From Callorhinchus milii (Eukaryota): a DNA stretch of 64,000 nucleotides. The notes beneath the pieces are model-generated. The model was not told the DNA's origin and ran no database searches. It worked only from the letters and a program-made list of their open reading frames with translations. The stretch covers positions 56,236,001-56,300,000 of the forward strand of contig NW_024704742.1 in the NCBI RefSeq assembly GCF_018977255.1, read 5' to 3'. The position numbers and the translations under genes were made by a program. Shown here piece after piece: positions 1 through 13,060 of the stretch; position 1 is the first letter of the stretch; every line of letters starts with the position of its first letter.

Positions 1-83
1 CCGCATACATGTGGAAGTTAACCCCATGTCTGCGGATGATGTCACCACAGGGGGAGCATATAGAGGGTGAAGAGGAGGGGCCC
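1..83 (-). mobile_element. L2-clade LINE RT fragment (runs off window start)
   Basis: Reverse complement translates to [27 protein letters not shown], the motif preceding YADD in the other L2 copies here. Confidence 0.85.
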
Positions 84-104
84 TTCTCTTTTCAATTAGT
101 GTCA

Positions 105-343
105 TTGGATGTTTAACATCCACCTGAATAGACAAATGGGACCTAGGTTTAACATCTAATCTGAAGCACGGCACCTTTAGCAATGCAGCACATCCCTAAC
201 ACTGTATTTGAGTATCAACCTGGACTATGTGTGTTCAAAATCCCAACATGGCTCTTAAACCCAGAACTGTTTTTTTGTCAGCTGGGTGTCTAACACATGT
301 GAAAACTCATCACCATGCTTAAGAGTATCAATTGAGCCAGGCA
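105..343 (-). mobile_element. Degraded DeuSINE (SacSINE1-like), interrupted at 270-329
   Basis: Matches the reverse of the Deu-type body (...gttaaacc...caggtggatgttaaa) and the tRNA-like head cctggctcaattg seen at 20691 and 35350-35785. Confidence 0.65.
270..329 (-). mobile_element. 3'-terminal fragment of unclassified ~590-bp retroposon (copy F)
   Basis: T-run followed by gtcagctgggtgtctaacacatgtgaaaactcatcaccatgcttaagagtatc, homologous to 56957, 22755 and 61940-61994. Confidence 0.75.
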
Positions 344-1294
344 CCTGTCTCCAGGAGGAGTTGATGCTTGAGGAGCAAAAGAATCAAAGTCTAAATTATT
401 TTGCAATGTATTGGGTCTATTCAATTAGAAATTAGTATTGCAGCTACAATCTATTATCTGAGATATACAAGCTTTGAATAAGAAAATATCAAGGTCAGAG
501 AAAGTGAAGTAAACTGTAAAATGACAAGCAATATGACAAAACTGACAAAACAAATTCATGAAAATAAGATTGGATGTGTGATTCAATCATTTGCATGATA
601 AGCAAACATGTCAAAAAATGATATGATTGACTGTAATTAAAGCCAGACAAACGACAACAGGACAGATGTTTTGGGGAGGTTATATATCAGTTTAATTTTG
701 TCATCGTAAACTGAAACATATATCCAATACCATTTAGATTGTGGTTGAAAATGTGGCAGGATGAATGATCACTATGTGAAATGCTGTGATGAAAAGAATT
801 CTATTCTGAAAAAGTCTACTTGCAGAATTCTATTGATACATCCATGATGCTTAATGTTTGTTTTAAAATTCTCAGTGAAATATCTACCACGTTTTGCTAC
901 GCACGCTCAACAGCAGTATTCTTAAAGTATTAACTAACTGTGCAATACAGACCTGCTTTCTGATGGATCACTGAGGCTCATCCACCCACTCTGTTAAAAT
1001 TTTTACCCTTTGGCAGAGTGGCAGTAAGATTCATGGTGCTCAATATAGCAAACATTAATACGGATCATAGTGTTAAAATAATATGTTGCACTCAAAGAAA
1101 ATGGTGATCTTCTAAGCCAGCTGGAAAAAGAAAAATATTGATAACGTCTTCAACTGTTCATGCTGTGAATCATCATCTAACATTACTTTTAATCCTTTCC
1201 TATTTGGAGGGTTTCAGAATTTCTATCAATGGCAGTTGAAGGATGAAATATTTTTGATGTTAATAAAATCCAATTCAATTTACACTTATATACA

Positions 1295-1905
1295 CATTTC
1301 ATGGTGGAAGGACATCTGAGTTTGACAGTGGTGGCTGGGCACCCCAAGATGGGGAGAGAGGTGGATCGAGGTAAGATCACTGAAAGCACAATTAATTAGG
1401 TTGTCTTGAGATGGGCTTTGAACATGGGGAGGGAGTGAATGGGAGGGACTCTGGGATAGAGTTCCAGAGATAGGTAAGGCAAGGCTGTGAAGGGATTTAA
1501 ATGTCAGAGCGAGGATTTTCTATTTGATTTTCTGGGCAATGGGATGCCATTGGAGCTTTGCGTAGATGGAGGTAACAGGCTCTTGGAGACTGGTGCAAGA
1601 GAAAACACTGGCTGCACAGTTCTGGACGGTCAGTTTTAGACTGATGCATTATTGCCATTCTGAAAATGACAGTCCAGGCATTAAGACTGCTTTGTTGAAT
1701 TTCTCTCACCAAGCCTTCTTGCAGTTCTCTGCAGTGAGTCATTACTTTGCTCCCATTGCTCCCTTTAATTGCTTGGCCATTTCTCCATCTAAGAAATACC
1801 ACTTACCTCCATCACTAAAGCAACCATAATCCTCATTCATGTCCTCACCATTTTAGTATTCAATTCTCAAATACTCTCCTTACCAGCTCCCCCAGCACCT
1901 CCCGT
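1295..1905. mobile_element. Old L2 copy: minus-strand 3' part (1295-1645) plus inverted upstream part (1680-1905)
   Basis: Minus part gives VQNCAA..LQWHPIAQKI..KIL and the L2 tail; plus part gives degraded TETAL.. and LIH..I...NS.L..LP. Confidence 0.55.
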
Positions 1906-2469
1906 TACCTCACCGAGTCAGCATTTACTCTCTTATTGCTATCCACATTCTTTACTGTGTCCTGGCCAACAATCTCTCAAATAAAATTTATCATTCACTT
2001 CATGGATGTTTAAAGGATGTCGCTGTTTTTCAAATTGGCTGCACAATCACTTCACTGTATAGTGTATCCTGTGAAGCATTTTGAGCCATCTTCCTGATGT
2101 GAAAGGAGCTACATCAAATGTAAGGATTATTATTAGTTTATTATTACACTCTGATATCTCCTCCCATCTTTTCTGCTTCCTTCATTCCTCAATTTCTTTC
2201 TCTTCTTTCCAGCCATTCTAGTTTGCTTTCCCCTCCACTGCGTTAATTGTTTATATCCTTCCTAATTGCTCTATTTACTCTCTCCGTTTAATCCGATACA
2301 TGGCGTAATTCTGACCGATCTCAAGTAGGCTTTAAAAGTTAGAGGTTGCAAAGATATGATTGCAATGCATAGGGATATATTTATATGAAGTAAACCCTAC
2401 ATCTAAATCTACAATGACGAACCAGGTCAGTTTGAATAGTAGGCATTTGCAGACGAGCATATTTTGTGT

Positions 2470-4466
2470 ATTGTAATCAATGAACACAATAATTCTAGAA
2501 AAAATGGATACGTCATTAAGGGTACGTCTCGACACACAACAATTGAACAAAGCAATAAAAAGAGAGCACTGTGCAACACCTACTTTAGAGGATGTTCATG
2601 CTCTATTGCATGGAGTCAAATTTTTCTTGACATTACACTGTTCATCCGGGTATTGGCAGGTCAAATTGTCAGAGGAAAGTACATACTTGACAACATTTAT
2701 GACGCCTTACGGGAGATATTGCTTTCACAGAATGCCATTCAGCATCAAATCAGCTCAAGAGGTATTTCAGAAAAATTATCACATCTAATAGAAGGAATAC
2801 CAGGTGTCATAAACTATATTGATGACATCCTAATATGTGGTTAAACAAGAAAGGAACGTGTTAAAAGTTTGAAGCTGGCACTGAAATAATGTTTGCAAGA
2901 AAATGTAAAATTGAACAAGGAAAAATGCCGGCTCGGAGTAAATAAAGTAAAATATTTGGGACATACCATTACCCAAGGATAGGTTAAAAGTTGATCAATG
3001 AAAAGTAATTGCGATCACAAAAATGCCTCCACCTACAGATAAGAAGGCAATAAAAAGAATGATGGGAATGGTGAATTGGGTGGCTAGATTCATTTCAAGT
3101 TATTGAAATCATGGAGCCTATAAGAGAGCTTGTCAAAGAAAACAGAGAATTCATATGCGAAAAGGAACAGCATTTCATAAAATAAAAGAGGCCACATCCA
3201 AAACTCCAGTATTAAAATTTTATGATGTAAGTGCACCAGTGACAATATCTGTGGATGCAAGTCAGAAGCAAATAAAAGAGATAGGATAAGTAAGGCAATT
3301 CAGACAATGCTGAAAAAGGGATGGTCTAAAAACAGAAGAGATGGGCCAGAAGAGATCCAGTCATACTGGGAATACAGAAATGATATATACCAGCAAAAAG
3401 ACTTCACATGTCAAGGTGAAAGAATAATTATGCCAAAATAATTAAGGAATAAAGTATTGAGAAACATACATGAAGGACATTGTGGAATACAAAAAATGAA
3501 AAGAGCAATGGAAGTTGTGTTTTGGCCAGGCATAGATAAGCAGATAGAGGATTATATTGGAAAATGTGAAACATGTGTGAGATATCAAAACTGGAAAAGA
3601 CATGAACCAATATTATGGCACGAGTAACCAAGTAAAGCCTGGACCAAAATAGGAACCAATTTGCTTTATTATAATAGCAAAAACTATTTAATGATAATAG
3701 ACTATACATCGAGATATAGTGATTATAGAGAGTTGAATGACACATCGGAAACTATCGTGGGAAAAAACAAGGAAATCTTTGCCGGCATGGCGTGCCAAAT
3801 TAGATAATTAGTGACAGTGGGTCCCAATCTTCAAGCAAGGAATACAAGACGTTCACAAGGCAGTGAGAAACAAACCACAAAACAACTTCACCAGGATATC
3901 CCCAAAGCAATGGTCTGGTGGACAGGAAATACCGACTATAAAGAAAATATGAAAGAAGACAGACAACGCAAAGGCAGATAAGCACCTGGCAATTCTAGCC
4001 TATAGAAACATGCTGAAAGACAATGAGGAACATTCACCAGCACAAATACTGATGTCAAGACGGTTGAGATTTGTTAAGATGAGAAGAGCAAAAATTGAGA
4101 GAGCAGGTACAACACAATAGAAATGGAAGGAAACCACAAAATGAACCAGGAAAGGAGAAAACTTTTGCAAGAGGAGAGGGAATATGGTTGAGGAAGAAAA
4201 AACCTGAAAACAGAAGGTTGGACAAAAGGAGAAATTTGGAAGAAGGATAGAAACCCAAGATCATCTTTTGGTTTAAAAGTGATAAAGGAAAAATATATCA
4301 AAGGACATCATGGGAAATATGCTAAAGAAGGACAGAGGAAAATGAAGAAAAAGAAAGACGCTGTCATAAAAAAACGAAAGATCCAAATATGGCAGAAACA
4401 CTGAGAACCACCAGGTTCGGAAGAGTAGTAAAAGTAACAAGGAGATTAACTGAACAAGACCGAGAC
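2470..4466 (+). mobile_element. Decayed Ty3/Gypsy LTR retrotransposon pol (RT, partial RNase H, integrase); Mag/K02A2.6-like
   Basis: LRVRLD..LNKAIKREH..PTLE..GYWQVKL..TTFMTPYGRYCF.RMPF; YIDD at ~2815; ISVDAS; integrase Zn finger HEGHCG..FWPGID..CETC; ISDSGSQ and PGYPQSNGLV core; many stops and frameshifts. Confidence 0.92.
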
Positions 4467-4796
4467 AAAAAAAAATAATAATAATAATAATCCTTGCATT
4501 TGATATAGCGCTTTTCACGTCGGGAGGACGTCGCAAAGCGCTTCACAGAACACACTGTAAAGTGAATTGCTGTATATTTGTGGGCGAATGCGGCAACCAA
4601 TTGCGCACAGCGATGTCCCACAAACAGTCGTAGATTGAAAATGACCAATTTATTATTGTTTTTTGTTTTGGAGGGATTATTATTAGGCGTGTGGAGTAAG
4701 GAAACTTGCCCAAGGTTTCGCCCTGACCTGCCTGGAATTGAACTCAGGTCTCTCACTTGCAAAGTGAGTGCTCTAACCACTGAGCTACAGGACTCC
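4467..4796 (-). mobile_element. Young full-length tRNA-derived SINE (short form)
   Basis: Head ggagtcctgtagctcagtggttagagc..gagttcaattcc with A/B boxes, L2-type 3' stem-loop, (ATT)n tail; near-identical to 15764, 40739 and 49730. Confidence 0.95.
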
Positions 4797-4811
4797 AACT
4801 GATAAGAAACC

Positions 4812-4974
4812 AAAAAAGGGGAATATACTAATTAAGACAATAAGGACCAATTGAAGGAGTTCAAGAGAAAGTAGGAAGCATTGACTAGAGGGTGTTTGGT
4901 GTGACTGTTGGATTGTCTAACTGGGGACCTAAAATAAAAGGATGTTCTACACATTGTTTGTTGAGAACGTGACA
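4812..4974 (+). mobile_element. Probable polypurine tract and degraded 3' LTR of the Gypsy element
   Basis: aaaaaaggggaa at 4812-4823 downstream of integrase (across the SINE insertion), AATAAA at 4933, segment ends ..GACA; the expected TG start reads TA. Confidence 0.5.
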
Positions 4975-4997
4975 TATAAGTCACTGCTTAGGCTTTA

Positions 4998-5562
4998 GCT
5001 AGAGTATTGTGTCCAATTCTGGGCACCAAACTTTAGGATGTATATCAAGGCCTTGGAGAGGGTGCAGAGGAGATATACCAGAATGGCACTAGGGATGAGC
5101 GACTTCAGTTATGTGGAGAAACTAGAGAAGCTGGCATTGTTCTCCTTAAAGCAGAGAAAGTTAAGGGAAGATTTAAAAGAGGAGTTCAAAATTATGAGAG
5201 GTTTTGATAGAGTAGGCAGAGAGAAACTGTTTTCACCGGTACGTGGGTTGGTAACCAGTGGACATAGATTTAAGATAATTGGCAAAAGAACCAGAGGGGA
5301 GATGAGGAAAACATTTTTTTTAACACAGAGAGTTGTTACGGTCTGGAATGGAACTACCTGAAAGAGTAGTAGAAACAGATTCAATAAAACTTTCAAAAGG
5401 GAATTGGATAGGTACTTGAAAAGGAAAAAATTGGAAGGATTTGGGAAAGAGCGGGTGAATGGGACTGATTGGGAAGCTCTTCGAAAGAGTTGGCACAGGA
5501 ACGATGGGCTGAATGGCCTCCTTCTGTTCTATAATAGTCTATGATAGATATGATTCTATGAT
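4998..5562 (+). mobile_element. CR1 LINE 3' fragment
   Basis: LEYCVQFWAP..LERVQRRYTRM..LFSL..RGD-like..GHRFKI..FFTQRVV.VWN; ends gaatggcctccttct and a (TCTATGA)-like tail. Confidence 0.92.
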
Positions 5563-6059
5563 AAATGCAACATTGTATGAATTAGAAGACTCCCTCAAAT
5601 CAGACCTTCCTCTTCAAGTGAGACAACAGTCACCCCCCACCCCCTCCTAAATTCTTTGTCAAGCTCCACTACTGTTAAGGACTCTGAGATACTACCCCAC
5701 GAGAAGTGCACTTCATAAATGCAATTTGTTGTTATTGTATCAGCTTAGAGCGGTTCTCAACTGAGAATATTGTGGTTTGTTATCTTTAATTTACTACTTA
5801 TCAGAAGATGCTACGCTCATGCCTGTATGGTAAATGAAGGCATTTACCAACAAATACTTGTCCAAAATTTCTTAATGCCGGCCAGGGAGAAAATCATCTA
5901 CTTCATGACAGTTCTAGTTGCAGAAGATTTGTTTGGTTATTACCTGTTCTTATAATTTTTCTGCATGTTGTTGACCACACTGCCTCCAATCTCTTTTCAC
6001 TGTTCCCTCTTAAAAGGAAAGTGTTAGCCAACCAGCAATGGGGAAGGCAAACATTGTGG

Positions 6060-6295
6060 AACACAAGAGGTTCATTGCAACAGATATTTAGAGAACTGGA
6101 TGATTTTTTTCTGTTTTGTTAATGACATAATTAAAACTAATCTCATGCATCTGTGTAGGTACTTTCTGTAGAGAATCAAGAAATTGACACTAGAGTTATT
6201 TAAAAAGCATTTTGATTATTGATGGGGACTGTTGGGTGAATTTTCTGGAGTGATAAGATCAGATGAGCCTTCTTCAATCAGACCAATCTTGTGAA
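6060..6295 (+). mobile_element. Old CR1 3' end
   Basis: Ends gagccttcttcaatcagaccaatcttgtga, the reverse of the ends at 42558 and 54542. Confidence 0.45.
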
Positions 6296-6900
6296 ATTAC
6301 AAAGCATTACCTAACATATGTTACGCAGTTCACAGCATCATGTAAAATCATGTTCTGCCAGGTGCTGCTTGGGGAAGTGATTAAGGAAGATTAGCCATTC
6401 CTGAGTAATTTAAACTTGCAATCAGTACGGAAGAAACGTTAAATAATGCACCACAAAAGTATTTAAATTACAGATAGATTTGCTGAGTTTAAAATGCCTA
6501 ACTGCTTCCTGAATTATTCTTAATTTCAAGATGAGTTAATTTTATCCGCTTTATATTCTTTTGTGATGTAGGGTAACACCTGCTAAGTCAGTAGGAATTG
6601 AAAGTTTAAAATGATTTGATCATCTCTAAGTAAGTCTCTCATTTGTTATTTTTGACAATAATAGTGCAGAAAAATGACTTCAAAAATAATAATAATTCTT
6701 GTATTTGATATAGTGCCTACCACATTGTTGAGACATCTTAAAGGGCTTCACGGAATATATTGCAAAGTGGATTGTCTGTATTTTGTGGCCAAAATGCAGC
6801 AATCAATTGTACCCAGCAGTAACCCAAAAAAGTTGTGACCAATTTTTTTTTGATATTATTATCCCTGGAAAGCGATCTTCCAATCAACTAACAACTGGGC

Positions 6901-7330
6901 AAAACACAAAATACTGCAGATGCTGGAAATCTGAAAGCAAAAACAGAAGTCGCTGGGAACACTCAGCAGGTCAGGCAGCATCTATGGAAAAAGGAAAGCC
7001 AGTCACCATTTTGGGTCCATCAGCCTTCGTCAGAACTGGGCATGTTGGGAGGGAGAGGCTTTTAAGGGCTAACAGAGAGGGGGGAGGCAGGGCAAGGAAA
7101 ACAAAGGAGAAAATGGGGTAGAGACAGGGGATGAGGTGTTAATGATGCCGAACAAAGGGGGGGATTGAAACAAAGCAGGGGAATAGGGGGGTTAATATTG
7201 CAGAACAAAAGGGGGTGGGGGGGAAAGAACTTGCAACAGAACAGGCAGATCAGGGAGCGAAAAGGTGTGTCTGGGATCAAGATGACGTGGTAATGGTCAC
7301 AGAAGAAGGGGAGGGGGAAGGCGAGCTGTT
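6901..7330 (-). mobile_element. Penelope-like element 3'/pLTR remnant with degenerate hammerhead core
   Basis: aaaatactgcagatgctggaaatctgaa..cactcagcaggtcaggcagcatct; minus strand reads CTGACGA-aggctgatggaccc-AAAA (7033-7009). Confidence 0.8.
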
Positions 7331-9444
7331 ATGGTTTTACCTGTCCTTTACCCCATTTTCTCCTTTTGTCTTCCTTGCCCTGTCTCCCCACACTCTGGAA
7401 AGGAAACTTGCTCAAGATTTTGCCTCACCCAGGAATTGAACCCAGGTCCTCTCCTTTGAGAGGCGAATATTTTTATATTGCAAAAAATATATAACATAGT
7501 TGAATTCACAAAGGTTAAAACATGTGTTAATTTCAAACAGGAGGATAAAATTGTGGCATGTGATGTTTTAATAACTGGTGATAAATTATATCATTAACAG
7601 ATATTGTCAATGAGGCAAGTGGACATCTAGATATGCTCTATTGTGACCTACACTCAATAGTTGTGTCTGACATTGACCCATATGAGACATTGCATTCTTG
7701 CCCTAAGGATCGTGGCACTGGAATGATAAGTAACAGGATACTAGTTTAGCTCAATCAAAAGAGGGGAGTGAAATCACCTTCTTTTATACCACAAGGATAA
7801 TATATATTTAACACAATTCACTGCACTTTACAGTTAATTCTGTGAAGTGCTTTTAGATATTTTGACAACTTGATATGGTGCTGTATCAAATTCAAGGATT
7901 ATTATTAATAAGAAAATACATTATTAGCCCTAATGTTTAAAGATACCAGAAGATGATTTAAACATCAATAATAATAGTTAAATCTTGTAGTTCATACAGT
8001 GGCTATAATCTTAAAGTTTGTCACACAATTTCTGCGAAATGTAGTAACTGTATTTATAATCAAATACTACAATCAATTAGCACATATCAGTTTCCCACAA
8101 ACACTCATCAAGTGACTAATCAATATATCTCTTTTTGAACAGTGCCATGGGATCTTTAACATCCACCTATAAAGCACCCACCTTGGTCGAACATCTCATT
8201 CAAAGCTCGACACCTCTTACAAAACAGCACTGCACTGGAGTGACAGCCTAGACACAATATTTTGTAAATAATACAAGATAAAGATGGTGGTGTACTGTTA
8301 CTTTAACTTGCATAATTTAAATCATTATACAGATCTATCTAGAACATGACTGCAATGCAGAATAATTTGAGAATTCAAAATGAAATTGATGAAAATGCAA
8401 TAAAACTGCAAAGGATTCACATTCCAAATGTGTTGATCAAGTTTTTATTGGCCATTGATAATTTATGACAAGATCCTTAACTCTGCAATCAAATATGATC
8501 TCTGCTCCTGTCATACTAATTTTGTCTCCTTCTCATTCTGTCTTTTAAGAGCGGTCATACCTTTTATACTTCAAACTGTCCACCCTACTGTCTTGGACAA
8601 CTTGAAAGTTAATGGCAGGTTTCATAACTTATTAAAGTACACCTGTACTCTCAGCTTAGCTGCTCCGATTGAGAACTTGACTATTTTATACATCTCTAGT
8701 ACTCTGCTCTTGTGCACTTTTGTGATTTATTTGTCACTCCCTTGTTCACTGATAAACCCTTTGACAGGATCTGGAAACGTGCAACTAAATCAAGTTATGC
8801 CTTTGTAGTTTTCTACAAAAATGATGTTCATAGCTATTCAGTTTATTTTCAAATTGTTCTTTCTTGCCATGGTTGACGGTTTATTCTTTGAGTTTAATCA
8901 TCTCAAGGATTCTTGAGGATTCTTCAGAGCTCTGCATCTCCTTCTTTGATCCGATTCCACATCAATGACCATTCTTCCAGTTCTACCCATATCTTCCAAC
9001 AATGATCTGACATTATATTCAGTAACTTTCTACAGAACACATGTATTTAATGTTCACAACCTTCATTGCTCCTTGTCATCCATCAAAATATGATTGTAGC
9101 TCCCGCTGACTTGCTGCAAAATTTCCTGAAATAGCTTTTTACTTAACCTGTACATAGGCTTGAGTTCCTTTCTCATCCTTATTCTGCTCTCCTGCAGGGG
9201 TCTATTATAAAGCAACAGAGACAGCATAGCTTTGTGACACAGCATTTGCTGACATCTATATACCATCTATTTTTCCAGCAATATAGTTCTCTAGTTCCTC
9301 CAAAATTCCCTTTCTCCAATATTTCTGCTGTTCTAACTTAACATCACCTTGACAACTTCTCAATTGCTCACTAAATTACACTTATACTTTATTAGCACAT
9401 TTATACTTTGTTGTACTTCATTACTACTTAATTCCCATTGCATG

Positions 9445-9779
9445 CTTGGCTCACAAGCGAGAGGACCTGGGTTCGATTCCAGCAGGGTGAAACATTAGTC
9501 AAGTTTCCTTACTTCATGGGCCTCTGTTTACCTAACAGTAAGTAGGAATCTGGTTGTTAATCGATTAGCGGATTGCTTTCCGGTGATAATAATCCCTGCT
9601 CCCCAAAAAATTGATTATTAAATCCTTGACTGTTTGTGGGACATTGCTGTGTGCAATTGGCTACTACATTTTACCCACAACATATACAGTCAATCCAATT
9701 TACAATATATTCTGTGAAGCAGATTGAGACATCTCAACAATGCTTTATCAAATGCAAGGATTATTTTTATTATTATTAC
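9445..9779 (+). mobile_element. Older long-form tRNA/CORE-like SINE
   Basis: Partial tRNA head, retains gcctctgtttacctaacagtaagtagg segment, shared 3' module and (ATT)n. Confidence 0.85.
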
Positions 9780-10665
9780 AACAACATCAAGAACAATTTG
9801 CATTTATATAAAGCCTTTCATGCGGGCTAGCGTCCAGGACCACTTGACAGTGGTGGAGTCTAATGTCGAACCAGGGGAGGTGACAGTAAGCATGATCAAA
9901 AAGGAAGATATTTGGGTGGGATTTGAAAATGGGGAGAGAGCAGGCAAGGCGGAGGAATTGTGGGAGACAGTTCAAGAGTTTTGGGGTTTAGTGACATGTC
10001 CATCGATGTTGGAGCGGAGGTGACGGGGGATGAAGAGGAGGCTGGAGCCAAGCAGTGGCAGCAGGTGGGGGAGTGGAGGGTAAGCTGATCGGATAGGTAG
10101 GGAGGTCGAGTGCATGAAGGGATTTGAGAATAATGAGAGGGTCTTAAAATCGATTCATTAGGCAGTTGGGAGCTAGTGGATCCTGGCAAAGACTGGTGTG
10201 ATGGGGTACGGAGTTTTGTTTGGATGAGTATGCATGAAGTGGAGTTTTGGATTAATTGAATAAATTATTACGTGGAGCTGGAGAGACCAGCGAGGAGGGC
10301 ATTGGAATAGTCCTGCCGGGAAGTGCTGAAGGTGTGGACGAGGGTTTCAGGCTGCATTGGTTGTGAGGTATGGACAGAGGTGAGCAATGTAACGGATGTG
10401 GAAAAAAGTGTTCCTGGCCAGGAAACGTATGTGGGGTATCGAATCTGATGTCTAAATTGCGCACAGGTTTGGTGAGTCTGAGGGAGAGCCCAGGGAGGTT
10501 GAGAAGTTCAGACCTACAGGACAGAAGATGTTGATTAGGGCCAAAGAGTATGGCTTTTCTGTCTTGCTCACTTTCAGCTGCAGGAAATTTATGCTCATCC
10601 AGACTTTGATGTTCGTCAAACAAGCTGACAGGACATCAGCGAAATGGGAGTCACAGCTGGTGGAG
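9780..10665 (-). mobile_element. Degraded L2 3' portion
   Basis: LSACLTNIKVWMSINFLQL..KTE, LTKPVRNLDIRFD; CAA-type tail. Confidence 0.85.
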
Positions 10666-11884
10666 GAGACTCCTCCATTCAGAAGGTCCAAAATGCACTG
10701 AAACTCTGGAACTCTCTCCCTCAATCCCTCAGCCTTGCCCCCTCCCTCAGCCTCCTCACTTTCAAATCCCGCCTAAAGACCTTCCTTACATCTTTTTCAT
10801 TCAGAAAAAATACTCTATCTAACTCCATCTAAATGTGCTGAGTTCTTGCAATGCTGGAACAACCAATACCTTCACAAACTATATTATTAGCGCTTGTTAC
10901 TTAAACCAATTGTTCTAAAAAATATATTATATGTAACTGTTTGAATTTTCATAAGCAGTACCAAAGGTGAAGTTCTCATGATTGAAAATACTTGAAATGA
11001 AATCTATGGATTATACCTGACTGTTTTACACTAAAAGAAAGAACTAAAAATGATCAATAAAAGATATAGACATGATATAACAAAATAACTTTTTTTTCTT
11101 AATTTCTGTCAGAATAATTCATTTCAGATGCTCTATATCACAACTTTGGTTTGATCATGATACAGAATTGTGTCATTTTAAAACAACACCTAAATGTTAC
11201 ACTTTTTGTAAAATATATCATTGGTTAAAAGAGAGAGAATTTGACAAAATAAGGTACAATTTTAATGTTCAATTATTAACAGCAACATAAATTCATACCT
11301 TTACAGTGAATCCAATACTGAAAGATTCAGAAGTGACAACTATTAAATCATTGGACATTGTACTCTTAAGGATAATAATAATATTTGTTGAGTTGATATA
11401 GTCTCTTATCAAAGGTTATCGAAATGCTGCACAGGATTTAATGGTGATGTTTATTTATTGTGTGTTCATAGGTGAACAGAACAGTCAATTTGTACATCAC
11501 AAAGTCCCACAAACAGACACAAAGTGAATGATCAATTTTATTTGGAGGAAATATTGGAGAATTGCAATGTAATAGTTGGTAGCTCTCCTGACAATAGTTA
11601 TTTTCTGGTCTGGATTTGCTGAAGAGCAAGTAAATGCTCTCTCTTCTCAGACCCAGAATCTTTTTTTACCCACTTGAGATCGAAGAATCCCCAAAGCCCA
11701 AGAGAGAGTGATAATTTGAACCTTAATATCGTTAATTATTGACTATGATTCATTGCTGTTTAGCAGAGCTCTACACAAGGGTTAAAGTGTGCATGCTCCA
11801 CTGCCCATTAACACTGGTCAGGACAATACTATGCTGAAATGGCAGCATAACAGGATAAGATTAGCCAGTTCTGTAACATTACTA

Positions 11885-12120
11885 ATTTAACGTCCCGTCT
11901 GCTTGTTCAGTTGGATGTTAAAGATCCCGCGGTACTATTCGAAAAGAGAAGGCAGTTTCTTCCAGTGTCTATGGCTGTTCGTGGGACATTGCTATGCACA
12001 CCTGGCTGCTGCATTTTGCCCACAAAATAGTCAATCCCCTTTACAGTATATCCTGTGAAACCTTTGAGATCAATTAAATGATAAGGTGCTATGTCAAATG
12101 GAAGGATTATTATTATTATT
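11885..12120 (+). mobile_element. DeuSINE 3' part
   Basis: gtctgcttgttcagttggatgttaaagatccc.. joined to the shared 3' module and (ATT)n. Confidence 0.7.
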
Positions 12121-12827
12121 ACCTCAAGTGCTGGATCAAACCAGTGCCAGCATTATAATTCATAAATTGTAAATTACATTTTGCCAGATATAGAATTCAT
12201 TTCATCAGTGGTTTGGGAAGAGGCAGCAAGAGATGTTGAGAAAGTAAGGATATATTATCTGAAAGAATTTTGATGTGAAGTGAGCAGGCATGTCTAAGCC
12301 ATCTGCCTTTTCTTTTCATGTACCTCCAAGCTGGTACTGCGTTGTGATATATCCACAACTTAATCCATGTGGGACACTGCTGTGCACGATTGGCTGCCCC
12401 ATTTCATCCACAAAATATACGGTCAATTCACTTTACACCTGAGTAGTCAGTTGAAAAAAAGACAAAGGATTACAAGATCATGAGATTGGTCTGGATATTC
12501 TACAATATTTGCATGTCTGGTTCCATACCCTCACAATTAATTCTGCAGTATTCAACCAGAGTTAATACTCTCATTATCTCACCACTATCTTGGCTCAGAA
12601 GATGAACCAACTGCAAACACTGAAATTCCACCCTGTCTCGCCCAGGTTAGGGCTGAGCGGAATAGTGGATTGTTCTACAGTTCAGCCTTAATTTGGAAGC
12701 TGCTTTCTTTTTAGAAACTGAAGAAATGTCAACTCAATTGTGGGTTTGGGAGGTTTTCCCCCAATTCTGTGAGTTTCCAGGTTATCTTGATTGAATTGGA
12801 GTTGCGGGGGAAGAGGTGAAATGAGTG

Positions 12828-12935
12828 CTCTGTCTGTCTTGCTCTCTCTGTCTCGCTTTCCATCTCTTTCCTTCATTCTCCGTCTCTGTCTCTCTCACTC
12901 GCTCTCTATCTCTCTCTTCATCTCTGTCTCTCTCG
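12828..12935. repeat. Degenerate (CT)n microsatellite
   Basis: Run of ctct/ctgt dinucleotide repeats. Confidence 0.8.
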
Positions 12936-13060
12936 CTTACTTACTTTGTAATAATTTCTTTAAAACAATTAAAAAATAATAATTTGGTCACTGAATCCAA
13001 GATTGTTTGTGGGACACTGCTGTGTGCAATTGACTGCCGCATTTCGCCTACAAAATATAT

